Of a stretch of 64,000 nt of DNA, positions 1-8,533 are shown one piece after another. Below the pieces are notes generated by a model. The model worked only from the letters and a program-made list of their open reading frames with translations, made no database searches and was not told the DNA's origin. The stretch lies in IMG/VR virus record IMGVR_UViG_3300016476_001378; one strand, 5' to 3'. This stretch comes from a virus. Its lineage: Duplodnaviria > Caudoviricetes. A program made the translations under genes and the position numbers. Each line of letters starts with the position of its first letter. Positions within the stretch are counted from its first letter, which is position 1.

Positions 1-116
1 TTAAGAACTACACAGCTCTTATGAATCAGATCGTCTCAGTTGGCGCTCCATCTGCAAGCCGCTACCCATCAGGTTGGAACAGAGGCTGGAACTCCAGCGC
101 TACTTCCTACTCATAA
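1..116 (+). CDS. 3' end of a truncated CDS (…KNYTALMNQIVSVGAPSASRYPSGWNRGWNSSATSYS*), probably highly expressed
   Basis: Open frame from nt 3 to TAA at 114-116. It has C-ending codon bias (AAC, TAC, ATC) like the 25625 gene and is followed by a strong hairpin. Confidence 0.6.
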   Translation, partial: KNYTALMNQIVSVGAPSASRYPSGWNRGWNSSATSYS

Positions 117-140
117 TTCAGTTTCTAAACAAAGGTTCAA

Positions 141-180
141 AAATAAAAATGGGGGCTTCTCGGAGCCCCCATTTTTATTT
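141..180. terminator. Bidirectional intrinsic terminator
   Basis: AAATAAAAATGGGGGCT-tctcgg-AGCCCCCATTTTTATTT, a 17-bp inverted repeat between convergent genes. Confidence 0.9.
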
Positions 181-870
181 GTCTCTATATTCTATTAATG
201 CTTGTTTTGCATCCATAATTTTGTCTATAATCCAAACTTTGCCCTTATTATATTTTGGCGTATTTGGCATTTCAAATATATTATCCCAATCGGATCTTTT
301 TAATGAAATAAACTTTTCTATGTAAGGATTCAGGTCTCTCATCATTTCTTTGTCTAGCTCTAAAAGATATTCTTCATAGTCTCGTTTGAATAAATCTTGT
401 CTTTCATCACCAGCTAAATAAAGAGCTAAATCAAATTCAAACATACAATTAGAATTAAAAGATTTTTTAAATTTATTATCTTCTATAAATCCAGCTGGCT
501 CATCATTGTATGTGTTGCCACCCAAGAGCTCTATGAATAAAATATTACATTCAAGCTCTAATTTATTGTGTATACCTTTGAATAATTCGTCATCACCAAA
601 CAAACACCATTCTTTATTTAAATCAAATTGACTTACAGTTACAAATGTATCTTTGTAGCCCCTAAGATCTGTTGCCCATTTTACAGGCTCATGAAAAAGA
701 TCTAGTGTTTCACAAATCTTTGAATAGCAATAATCAATTAAGCCATCATAAAATTCTGGATTAGCTATATATTCAATTTCATTTGTGATTTCATTGATTA
801 AATATCTAGGTGTTGAAAATTGCTGGGCTGGGAGCACCTTGTAATAAGAAAGGTCTAAAAGCTCTTCCAT
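175..870 (-). CDS. Hypothetical acidic protein (231 aa)
   Basis: Long ORF overlapping the upstream gene, with a GGGGA RBS. No motif recognised. Confidence 0.7.
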   Translation of the reverse strand: MEELLDLSYYKVLPAQQFSTPRYLINEITNEIEYIANPEFYDGLIDYCYSKICETLDLFHEPVKWATDLRGYKDTFVTVSQFDLNKEWCLFGDDELFKGIHNKLELECNILFIELLGGNTYNDEPAGFIEDNKFKKSFNSNCMFEFDLALYLAGDERQDLFKRDYEEYLLELDKEMMRDLNPYIEKFISLKRSDWDNIFEMPNTPKYNKGKVWIIDKIMDAKQALIEYRDK

Positions 871-1226
871 GTTTGTTCCCCTTTGTATACTTCACTAGCT
901 CTCATGCTTAAATATCGTCTTTTTTGCTTCTTGTGAAGATAGTCTTTAAATTCTTTTTTGGTATTTCTGAACACTGTGATAACAACGCCTTCTGAAGACA
1001 CAACTACACAGTGGCTATTGTCTTCATGTTCAATCTTGAAACATACTGCATAAGGGAATCCTCTGGAATCTTTGTCGCAATCAAATAGCTTTGCTTCGGC
1101 GGGAATTTCTGTTAAAATTGGGATTTCTCTTTCAACACATCTAGCGTGTGCGTGATTTGAATATTGTAATGTAATATCTTGCCAGGACTTGGGATCAGAT
1201 AAGTTTTTTAAAAAAAGAGCCTGCAT
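855..1226 (-). CDS. DUF4258-like (RelE/BECR-fold) small protein, putative RNase
   Basis: N-terminal 'YSNHAHARCVEREI' and C-terminal 'HCVVVSSEGVVITVF' match the HAxxRxxER...VITV[FY] pattern. Confidence 0.5.
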   Translation of the reverse strand: MQALFLKNLSDPKSWQDITLQYSNHAHARCVEREIPILTEIPAEAKLFDCDKDSRGFPYAVCFKIEHEDNSHCVVVSSEGVVITVFRNTKKEFKDYLHKKQKRRYLSMRASEVYKGEQTWKSF

Positions 1227-1266
1227 AATAGTAACCTTTCTTGTCTATGTTACTATTATAGCAGGC
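1219..1266 (-). promoter_or_regulatory. Extended -10 promoter (TGcTATAAT) inside a 17-bp hairpin covering the start codon
   Basis: GCCTGCATAATAGTAAC (1219-1235) pairs with GTTACTATTATaGCAGGC (1249-1266), one bulge. Confidence 0.65.
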
Positions 1267-1309
1267 CCGAATTTATTTTTAAGATGGAAACCTTGACGAT
1301 TCTACCTTG

Positions 1310-2050
1310 TTAGGGTTTCCACAGTGGGCCTCTCTTATTGATTTGGGTTTTCCATGTTTCAGGATTGCCATTCTTAATTCGAGTGTAGACCAAGTGTGCT
1401 CTTCGGACATAGGAACTCCTAGATCCTGCACCATTGTATCTACCCCACATGCGCGAGAGTCCGCCACGGCTTGCCAGAGCAATTCGGGATGACGACCTAT
1501 TTTTAGCTTTTAAAGCCAATTCCCACGCACCGAGTCGTATGTTGTCTTCTAAATCCATAGGATTTAATCCGCTCTTGGCGAGATCAGATCTATAGGTTCT
1601 TCTTTCAATTTGCATGATTCCCATGCAAGGTCCAGATTTCATAGAAAACTCTGATTCAATGTAGGCTGTTGTTGCTACAACATAGGGGTCTAAGTTATAG
1701 CGTTTAGCTTCTTGAATAATAATATCTGCAACATGATCAGCATACGATGATCCTTTACGGGGCTGTACCATTTTGATAAGACCCGCGATCTTCTTCTTTA
1801 CCCCGCTATCGTCACCTTTAGAAGATTTTGTAGTTTTACTTAAAACTGGCTTTGCTTGAGGCTTGTTCTGGGGCTTTGATGTTACCTTGGCAACAGCCTT
1901 AACCTCAACAGTTTTATGCTCTTCTGCATACTTCTTAATAGATGCCTGGGCGGATACGAGAGGCAAAGGGCGCTCCTCGTTTGTAACGGGCTGGGCCAGG
2001 AAAGCTGATCCCAGCGTGAATGCAGCCAATAAACCTAGTATTGCTTTCAT
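1310..2050 (-). CDS. Secreted lytic transglycosylase (SLT domain)
   Basis: Signal peptide MKAILGLLAAFTLGSAFLA and SLT motifs 'IESEF', 'GIMQI' and 'YNG'. Start moved to 2050, behind an AAGGGGA RBS. Confidence 0.85.
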   Translation of the reverse strand: MKAILGLLAAFTLGSAFLAQPVTNEERPLPLVSAQASIKKYAEEHKTVEVKAVAKVTSKPQNKPQAKPVLSKTTKSSKGDDSGVKKKIAGLIKMVQPRKGSSYADHVADIIIQEAKRYNLDPYVVATTAYIESEFSMKSGPCMGIMQIERRTYRSDLAKSGLNPMDLEDNIRLGAWELALKAKNRSSSRIALASRGGLSRMWGRYNGAGSRSSYVRRAHLVYTRIKNGNPETWKTQINKRGPLWKP

Positions 2051-2206
2051 TCTATCCCCTTTCCGTCGCTGTGTGTTTGAGATTCGCGTACAGCGCACAC
2101 AGCCTTTGCCAGTTAGGCATAATATTTATCGTGTCAAAACTCTAAATAAAATACTTAAAATGGCAAATCCAGTTCTTTCCCAAATAGAAAGAAAATAAAT
2201 TTTTGC

Positions 2207-2234
2207 AGGTGTTTTACCTCCCAAGCCTGTAAAA
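2207..2234 (+). promoter_or_regulatory. Putative late promoter AGG-N20-TAAAA
   Basis: Member of a recurring motif upstream of structural or orphan genes. Confidence 0.5.
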
Positions 2235-2254
2235 AATAAAAATAGAGGTTAATT

Positions 2255-3334
2255 ATGTCTTTGGAAAAACAGGCTCTTACGAATTACTATAATTTTGCTG
2301 TTAAAGGCGCTAAGCCTGATAAATGCCCATATTGCAATGATGTAATAAAAGGATGGGCGAGGACGAGATGCGTCGATTGTAATAGAATATTCTGCCGAAG
2401 TCACATGGAACCCTCTTTAGGCCAGAATAAGAGATGCCCCTTCTGCCGCGAGAAGAGAAAAAGCTTCTTGAACAAGGATGCTGTGACTGCATCCTTAAGA
2501 GTTGCAGAAAGCCTAAGAGAAGAATTTGCACTTGGTGCTGCACAAGAGCTGGAAGATAAAATCTTCGCTTCAATTTTTGGCAATAAAGAGTTGATAAAAT
2601 TCGCACAAGTAGAAGAAAACAAAGAAGAGGCCCCAGAAGAGCCAGCAGAAGCCCCTGCCCCAGAACAACCCCAGCAGCCAGATCAACCTCAGCCTGAAAA
2701 AATTGACCCAAATCAAGCGCTTAATGAATTAGTCAGTTCTTTATCCAATGACATTTTAAGTACATTGTCAGAAGATTCTGTTGTCACACCAGAAATTTTA
2801 AATGATACATTCCAAAGCATGTTGTCACAATTAAGCAATGTAGTACCCAGCACAAGAACTAGTGCCAGCACAGACCTTAGAAGCTTATTTACTGATACCT
2901 CATCAGAAGGTATAAGCTTAGGCAAGCTCATTACTTACTTTGATAAAGATGGCAATTTGATCACAGAAGCTTATAAGGGCGGTTTACAAGATGCAGAAAT
3001 GGCAGGAGGAGTTGTTCCACCTGAATTTGCAGAAAAATTCAACGAACTTAGTGATTTTGTAAGACAACTCCCAGACCCAAGTGATCCTAAATTCTTCGAA
3101 GAGGCAGCCAAGGCAGCCCAGTCTATTAATGGTATCACAGAAATGCTTTATAGAATGAAAATGTCTCCTGATGTATTAAGAAAAAATCTCATTTTACAAG
3201 GTGGCAAACCACCCATAGTAGATACTTTAATAGACATGAGCAAGGGTAGCAAAGTAGCGCCCGACACACGCAGAAGAGAGCCACCCCCAATAGACCCTAC
3301 ACGAGGCTTCAATTTTATGGGGCCTGGCAGATAA
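2255..3334 (+). CDS. Hypothetical protein with an N-terminal cross-brace zinc finger; candidate head/internal protein
   Basis: CxxC-x11-CxxC-x4-CxxH-x10-CxxC, an E/P/Q-rich linker and several [RK]xA sites. Confidence 0.6.
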   Translation: MSLEKQALTNYYNFAVKGAKPDKCPYCNDVIKGWARTRCVDCNRIFCRSHMEPSLGQNKRCPFCREKRKSFLNKDAVTASLRVAESLREEFALGAAQELEDKIFASIFGNKELIKFAQVEENKEEAPEEPAEAPAPEQPQQPDQPQPEKIDPNQALNELVSSLSNDILSTLSEDSVVTPEILNDTFQSMLSQLSNVVPSTRTSASTDLRSLFTDTSSEGISLGKLITYFDKDGNLITEAYKGGLQDAEMAGGVVPPEFAEKFNELSDFVRQLPDPSDPKFFEEAAKAAQSINGITEMLYRMKMSPDVLRKNLILQGGKPPIVDTLIDMSKGSKVAPDTRRREPPPIDPTRGFNFMGPGR

Positions 3335-3351
3335 AATCCACTTTATTAATT

Positions 3352-3384
3352 AAACCCAGCCGATGGCTGGGTTTTTTGTATAAT
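3352..3384 (+). terminator. Intrinsic terminator followed directly by a TATAAT -10 box
   Basis: AAACCCAGCC-gat-GGCTGGGTTT, then TTTG and TATAAT at 3379-3384. Confidence 0.85.
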
Positions 3385-3418
3385 TAATACAAAATAAAAT
3401 TTTCAAAAAGAATAAAAA

Positions 3419-4294
3419 ATGAAAATACAATTAACCAATATTGATGATGCCCTCGAGTGCCCCTTTTATGTTAAAGCAGGTAAGAAACACACTTGCTTCA
3501 TGAAACTTAATATGTCAGCAGGGCAAGCTATGAATTTAGTGGACAACCCTGACTTTGACACAACTTCATGGAATGATAACTGCGAAGGCAAATTTGAAAA
3601 TTGCAACTTTGTTAGTCTTTTATATAAAATTGATGCAGAGCCAGCAACAGCTGTCCAAGCTGAAGACTATGAAGACTTTAATCCTTTCGAAGAGTATGAG
3701 GAAGAAGATGAAGTGCAGCCTGAGCCTGAAGCAAAACAACCAGAAGTTGCTCCAGAAGATTTAATTCATGTAAGAGTACATCCTGTTGAAAACATTTATA
3801 GTGTCAAAGTTGATGCTTTGATTTATCCAAATAATCAAATGTTATTGATTGATGATGAAGAATTAAATTATAGGAGCCAAGATAGAATTCAAGCTGAATT
3901 AGATAAGATCGCCCCTCCTGTTGCAATGGGCTCTGTTTTTAAAACATCAAATGGTGGAAACCACAAGGGTGGTGTAATACCAAAAATTATTTATCATGCT
4001 GTCGTTGCCGCACAGTCAAGATTAGTCAGTGAAGCTGCCATTTCAAAAGCAACAATCAAATCTTTGACTCAAGCAGATGAAGATGGTTGCAAAGTTGTTG
4101 CTATGATGCCTATGGACTGTGGTAACTTTGACTTACATCAAACAGCAAACGCGCAATTAAATGCCATTTATAAATTCTTACAAACTGTATCAACTAAAAA
4201 TATCAGACATATTTTTATTATCACAACCAAAAGCGACAAGGTGACACTGGACATTTTCAACGAAAAATTCGATAGGATCTTTGGCGAAGAATAA
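3419..4294 (+). CDS. Macrodomain protein (degenerate) with an N-terminal Cys motif
   Basis: C-terminal half has 'VDALIYPNN', 'VFKTSNGG', 'IIYHAV' and 'SLTQADEDGCKVVAMMPMDCG', which follow the macro/A1pp fold pattern. Confidence 0.7.
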   Translation: MKIQLTNIDDALECPFYVKAGKKHTCFMKLNMSAGQAMNLVDNPDFDTTSWNDNCEGKFENCNFVSLLYKIDAEPATAVQAEDYEDFNPFEEYEEEDEVQPEPEAKQPEVAPEDLIHVRVHPVENIYSVKVDALIYPNNQMLLIDDEELNYRSQDRIQAELDKIAPPVAMGSVFKTSNGGNHKGGVIPKIIYHAVVAAQSRLVSEAAISKATIKSLTQADEDGCKVVAMMPMDCGNFDLHQTANAQLNAIYKFLQTVSTKNIRHIFIITTKSDKVTLDIFNEKFDRIFGEE

Positions 4295-4312
4295 ATCCTA
4301 GGGAGATTTTTA

Positions 4313-4633
4313 ATGGATATCATAGCATCTAAACTGCTTCAAGCTTGCTTGGATACGTCCCATCACAATCCAGTATGGATAATTGATCAATTTGGCTCTA
4401 TCGTTGCATCTAATTGCAGAGCTGAAGAATTCAATTTCCATGACATTGATTTTAATTCAGCACTTGTTAAAATCAATAATTCAGTTTGGAAAGTTTCCAT
4501 CAAAGAATTAAATCATGGTACAAATTGTTACCTTTACGAACTAGAAAATGAAGAAGACAATAGATTGCAAAATTCAGTAGATAAGCTTGCTGAATATCTA
4601 GAAAAAAGAACTTTCAAATCAGCCAAAATGTAA
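4313..4633 (+). CDS. Small PAS-like domain protein
   Basis: 'PVWIIDQFGSIVASNCRAEEF' matches the PAS N-terminal signature. Confidence 0.5.
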   Translation: MDIIASKLLQACLDTSHHNPVWIIDQFGSIVASNCRAEEFNFHDIDFNSALVKINNSVWKVSIKELNHGTNCYLYELENEEDNRLQNSVDKLAEYLEKRTFKSAKM

Positions 4634-4654
4634 TTTAAACATTATTTTAAACTG

Positions 4655-4709
4655 ATCAAACCTGCTGTTTTCCCTAGGTGGCAGGTTTGATTTTTGTCAA
4701 AGTCCAAAC
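4655..4709 (+). terminator. Terminator hairpin overlapping an AGG-N19-CAAAC element
   Basis: ATCAAACCTGC (4655-4665) pairs with GCAGGTTTGAT (4681-4691), followed by a T tract. AGG is at 4683. Confidence 0.6.
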
Positions 4710-4725
4710 TAAGGAGCGAAACCTT

Positions 4726-5268
4726 ATGGACAACAGAGATTTAACACAAGTCGAATTATTAGTTGAAATTGTCAGCGAAAAGATCAACGCACAGGTTTCA
4801 GCTCATGAAAAGTATAGCCAAGCTTTTATAAAGATTTTAGAAGCGCTTGAAGCTATTATAGAAAACCAAGAAACTGGACAAACAGTGTTCTTGCAAAGCG
4901 TCGTAAATAAACTTGCTGACATTGAAGAACTTTCAACTCAAATTGATGACAATGTTGCCCGCCAAAAAGAATTAGCCTCCAATCTTTCAGAAAAGCTAAA
5001 AGACTTTGAAACGGTAAGCGAAGCTCAAATAAATGGCCTCAAGACAAAAATAGATGGCTTAAATGACTCAAATGAAGAGTTCAATAGTGCCATGCTAGGT
5101 AAATTGGCCGATGTTGTATCTAAGCTCGATGATCTTACAGCTGCTAAAAAAGCATGGAAGAAATTTGGTGAAAGAATTTTAATTTATGTTGGGGCCGCTG
5201 CCACATTGATTGGTCTTTTAGCCACCTTGGTTCAATTTGGCATTGTAACTTTAAAATGGGGTAATTAA
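4726..5268 (+). CDS. Coiled-coil protein with a C-terminal transmembrane helix
   Basis: ATG at 4726 after TAAGGAG, heptad-rich body, hydrophobic 'ILIYVGAAATLIGLLATLVQFGIV'. Confidence 0.7.
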   Translation: MDNRDLTQVELLVEIVSEKINAQVSAHEKYSQAFIKILEALEAIIENQETGQTVFLQSVVNKLADIEELSTQIDDNVARQKELASNLSEKLKDFETVSEAQINGLKTKIDGLNDSNEEFNSAMLGKLADVVSKLDDLTAAKKAWKKFGERILIYVGAAATLIGLLATLVQFGIVTLKWGN

Positions 5269-5308
5269 TTTTACTTTATAAATAAATCTATAAGGAGGAG
5301 AATCAAAA

Positions 5309-5929
5309 ATGAACACTCCAAGAGATCCAATACAAAATAATGTCATAGCCATTTCAAATGGAATACATGTATTTATCCCACATCCCAATTACATGATTGG
5401 GCTTTCTAATTTTTCGCACTCTGAAGATTACATTGATTTACAAAAATGGTTTTTGAAGGCCAAGCACAGCCCAAGGCACATTAAGATGCTCTTTGAAGAA
5501 AATGATGTTACATCCACATGGTGGGAATTTGTCAAAGAACATAGAAATCAATTCTTAAGCAAAATGTTTATTGAGAATAATTTGATTGTTCTCAAAAGCT
5601 TCTACAACAAATTGATGTATGAAAATCAATTTAATGGGGGCCCTATTAATTCTGAAAATCCAGAAATAATTAGTTTCTTTAATGAATATGATTTTTGTAA
5701 TCAAGTTTTAGCTGCTGGTAAATACATTCCTAATCCCCCAGTGAATGAAGCTATTAGTCTTCTATCCGAAAAACAAATAGCAGATTTAATGAAAAACCAC
5801 ATTGTTGTATTAGAAGACAAACTACATAGATCTACATTGCAAAACATAGCACAACACGATGTTTTAAATAATATTCTTACCCATACTATTTTAAGTTATT
5901 GGGAGTGGCAGAACTGGATTTCTGTATAA
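5309..5929 (+). CDS. Hypothetical protein
   Basis: Strong AGGAGG RBS, preceded by TGG-N19-TAAAT (5257-5283). Confidence 0.7.
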   Translation: MNTPRDPIQNNVIAISNGIHVFIPHPNYMIGLSNFSHSEDYIDLQKWFLKAKHSPRHIKMLFEENDVTSTWWEFVKEHRNQFLSKMFIENNLIVLKSFYNKLMYENQFNGGPINSENPEIISFFNEYDFCNQVLAAGKYIPNPPVNEAISLLSEKQIADLMKNHIVVLEDKLHRSTLQNIAQHDVLNNILTHTILSYWEWQNWISV

Positions 5930-6324
5930 TTACAGCTATGAATAATGTTATTATCTCTGGATCAGGCCCCCTTTTTGATAGATTAACAAATCAAATTAAT
6001 CAAACCCAATTTAGATCATTATCTGATACCGATGATGCATTAAAAGTTTGGGCTGGAGAAGGAACCCCAGGCGATGATTATCAAATCTGGATTAAAAAAA
6101 CTAATCACACTGATTTTCACCTCATAATCAAAGAGCTTAAAGAAATTATTAAAAATAACCCCAACCTTGAAATGGTTGGGGTTGATAATATTCATTCAAT
6201 TCCAGTCATGCCCAACATGTGTGCAATAATGGGCAGAGACAATGTGATGAGAACATTTCAAAATCAATTTGATTTAGATAATTATTTAATAGAAAGATTT
6301 GCTGTCAGCACTGTGGACTTTTAA
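5899..6324 (+). CDS. Hypothetical protein
   Basis: ORF within a tight operon. Start uncertain (TTG 5899 or ATG 5938). Confidence 0.6.
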   Translation: MGVAELDFCIITAMNNVIISGSGPLFDRLTNQINQTQFRSLSDTDDALKVWAGEGTPGDDYQIWIKKTNHTDFHLIIKELKEIIKNNPNLEMVGVDNIHSIPVMPNMCAIMGRDNVMRTFQNQFDLDNYLIERFAVSTVDF

Positions 6325-6564
6325 ATGTCATTAAACTCAAGATGTCAATGCCAAAAATGTGGTTGTACATTTTCTTTATTCACAGAAGAAATGAAACTAT
6401 TACCAACCATGAAAATAGGCTCATTACAGCCAAAGAAGATTTTAAAAACATGGACAGACTGGGTAGCACACATTGCTACAAATTGCCCCGATTGCAGAAT
6501 TAGATTTACCCCCAAAGATTGTTTAGACGATTATGAAAAGCACAAAAACCTCTTGCAAAAATAA
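6325..6564 (+). CDS. Small zinc-ribbon protein
   Basis: CQKC...CPDC; starts immediately after the upstream stop codon. Confidence 0.6.
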   Translation: MSLNSRCQCQKCGCTFSLFTEEMKLLPTMKIGSLQPKKILKTWTDWVAHIATNCPDCRIRFTPKDCLDDYEKHKNLLQK

Positions 6565-7204
6565 AATTCCAGTAGCTATAGTATTTTTAGGACCGCCTGC
6601 ATCTGGCAAGGGTACAGCCGCTGCTTATTTTCATAAAGAATTTAATTATCAATCTGTAAGCCCTGGGGCTATTTTTAAAAAATTAAGAGAAGAAGATTCT
6701 GAAACTGCCCAACTTGTCAGAGAAACAGTAAAAGATGGTGGACTCTGCCCAGATTGGCTTACAGACAAATTAGTGCTAGAAGAGGCTACTAAATTAATCA
6801 AAAAGGGGGCCAAATCTATTACCTTAGATGGCTACCCTAGAACAGTTGAACAATTAGATTTCTTAATAGAAAATTATGATGTCAAACTATTTGTTCATTC
6901 CAATACACATTGGATGACCATGAAGAAAATGGTTGTCAATAGAAGAAATTGCAAACAATGTAAAGCATTATTTTCTGCTTTAGAACCAATTGAATGCTGT
7001 TCTAAAAAAGAATGTGGAATAAATGATCAATCTAATTGGGAAATGAGATGGGATGATACAGCAGAATTCTTTGGCAAAAGATACAATGTATATAAAAAAG
7101 AAACCTTGCCTGTAATAGACAAGGTTAAAAACTTTAATAATTACATTAAGCTTGATCTAATTAAAGATGATTTAGCTTATTCAAAGATTATTGAATTAAT
7201 TTAA
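6533..7204 (+). CDS. adk: Adenylate kinase family NMP kinase with a Zn-type LID
   Basis: P-loop GPPASGKGT, 'LDGYPRT', Cys-rich LID (CKQC…C…C), 'RWDD'. Confidence 0.88.
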   Translation: MKSTKTSCKNKIPVAIVFLGPPASGKGTAAAYFHKEFNYQSVSPGAIFKKLREEDSETAQLVRETVKDGGLCPDWLTDKLVLEEATKLIKKGAKSITLDGYPRTVEQLDFLIENYDVKLFVHSNTHWMTMKKMVVNRRNCKQCKALFSALEPIECCSKKECGINDQSNWEMRWDDTAEFFGKRYNVYKKETLPVIDKVKNFNNYIKLDLIKDDLAYSKIIELI

Positions 7205-7206
7205 AT

Positions 7207-7587
7207 TTATTCCAAAGATTCAACAGGGGCTGTTGCCTGAGTTGTTGCCTGAGTTGTTGGCTTTTGGGCAGCTTGTAAATTTTGTTGTTGCTGGGCCTGC
7301 ATTACATTTTGTACTTTTCTGGTTCCCATGATAGAGCTTATGTCTTCAACCAAATCATTCATAATTGAATTTATTTTTTGCATATTATTAATTTGATTTT
7401 CTATTTCACTCGTATTAGTATTATTTTTAATCCATTCTTGCCTTTGTGCTGGCGGCAAAGACATGTAGGTTTGTATCATTTCATCTGAAATCATTGGTTT
7501 TTCTAATAAATTATTTAGTTCTTTAATCCTAGGGACGAGAGAAATCAAAGAACTGGTTTGGATTTCAAATTGGGAATTGTCAGGCAT
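7207..7587 (-). CDS. Hypothetical Q/T-rich protein
   Basis: Starts one base after the upstream stop; low-complexity C-terminus. Confidence 0.65.
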   Translation of the reverse strand: MPDNSQFEIQTSSLISLVPRIKELNNLLEKPMISDEMIQTYMSLPPAQRQEWIKNNTNTSEIENQINNMQKINSIMNDLVEDISSIMGTRKVQNVMQAQQQQNLQAAQKPTTQATTQATAPVESLE

Positions 7588-7588
7588 A

Positions 7589-8509
7589 TTATTTTCCTTC
7601 GTTTAGCTGTTTTTTTCGTTCCAAAACATTTATTGTATTTCTAGCTTCCTTTGAGGCTGTCAATGCTTGGTTGAATTTTTCTTGATTTTCTGGTGTGAGA
7701 GCTCTCATAACAGCATTGTGATTTGCGGGTTTTGTAATCCACTCTTCATAGCTTCCAACTTGACTAACACTAAGCATTTTTAGTGTCTCATTGGCTTTTG
7801 CAAGGTCCCGAACGGCGTTCGATAATTTTGCCTGATCGCTGAACGATAGTCCTACAACAACGCTGTGTATAGCAGCCCCACCTGCGCCTACAATTAATGC
7901 ACTCAAGGCTTTGTCTTTTCTTGCTAGAATTTCGATTTCATTAATATCTTTTAATATTTCATTAAATACAGCTTCACTTTGAGGTGCTAATTTCTGTCCA
8001 TTTATCGAAACTTGTTTTCCGGTTGCCACTTGTGTTAGTATGCTTTCCAGGGATGGAGCTGTCTCTTGTACTATAGTATTTCCTTTGCCATACACATTTA
8101 AAACATAGCTTTTTTGAAGTATTTGTGCAATTTTGTCGTTTTTCCTAAACGCAGGAAGAAATTTAACTATACTTAAAATAAGCTGAATGCCTTTAGACTG
8201 CACAAGGCCGCTGACAAGCTGAAAAATTGGATTTGAACCCAAGGTCTTTTCTGCCCTTGAAGCAACATTTAAAAATTTTAGAACTGAACCCAAGTTTTTT
8301 ATAGCCAATTGGCCCCTTGCGTCTGTGTAAATATCGCCCGCAGCAAAAAGCTTTCGTAATTCTGGTTTTGTAAGCTTGCCCAAGGCATTTAATGCCCATT
8401 CCCTGATACCTGCTGTTCTAATAGAATTCGAAGTCAAAGCATTAATATTTACATTTCTTGAAGCTTTAGAAACTCTTTGATTGTTATCTTCTTTAAAATA
8501 CTTACCCAT
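7589..8509 (-). CDS. Hypothetical basic helical protein; candidate internal virion protein
   Basis: AAAGGTG RBS, leader ending 'SIRTA', upstream AGG-N19-GAATAT (8556-8583) inside the clpX 3' end. Confidence 0.6.
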   Translation of the reverse strand: MGKYFKEDNNQRVSKASRNVNINALTSNSIRTAGIREWALNALGKLTKPELRKLFAAGDIYTDARGQLAIKNLGSVLKFLNVASRAEKTLGSNPIFQLVSGLVQSKGIQLILSIVKFLPAFRKNDKIAQILQKSYVLNVYGKGNTIVQETAPSLESILTQVATGKQVSINGQKLAPQSEAVFNEILKDINEIEILARKDKALSALIVGAGGAAIHSVVVGLSFSDQAKLSNAVRDLAKANETLKMLSVSQVGSYEEWITKPANHNAVMRALTPENQEKFNQALTASKEARNTINVLERKKQLNEGK

Positions 8510-8533
8510 GACAAATTTACACCTTTTTGAGTT

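Noticed and set aside
2051-2098. Longer start for the SLT gene (likewise GTG 4678 and TTG 18660)
   Set aside because: Downstream ATGs fit better: an RBS and signal peptide at 2050, an RBS at 4726 (GTG 4678 lies inside a terminator hairpin), and the first in-frame ATG at 18690.
7235-7258. 12-bp tandem duplication
   Set aside because: It simply encodes TTQA twice in a low-complexity tail.
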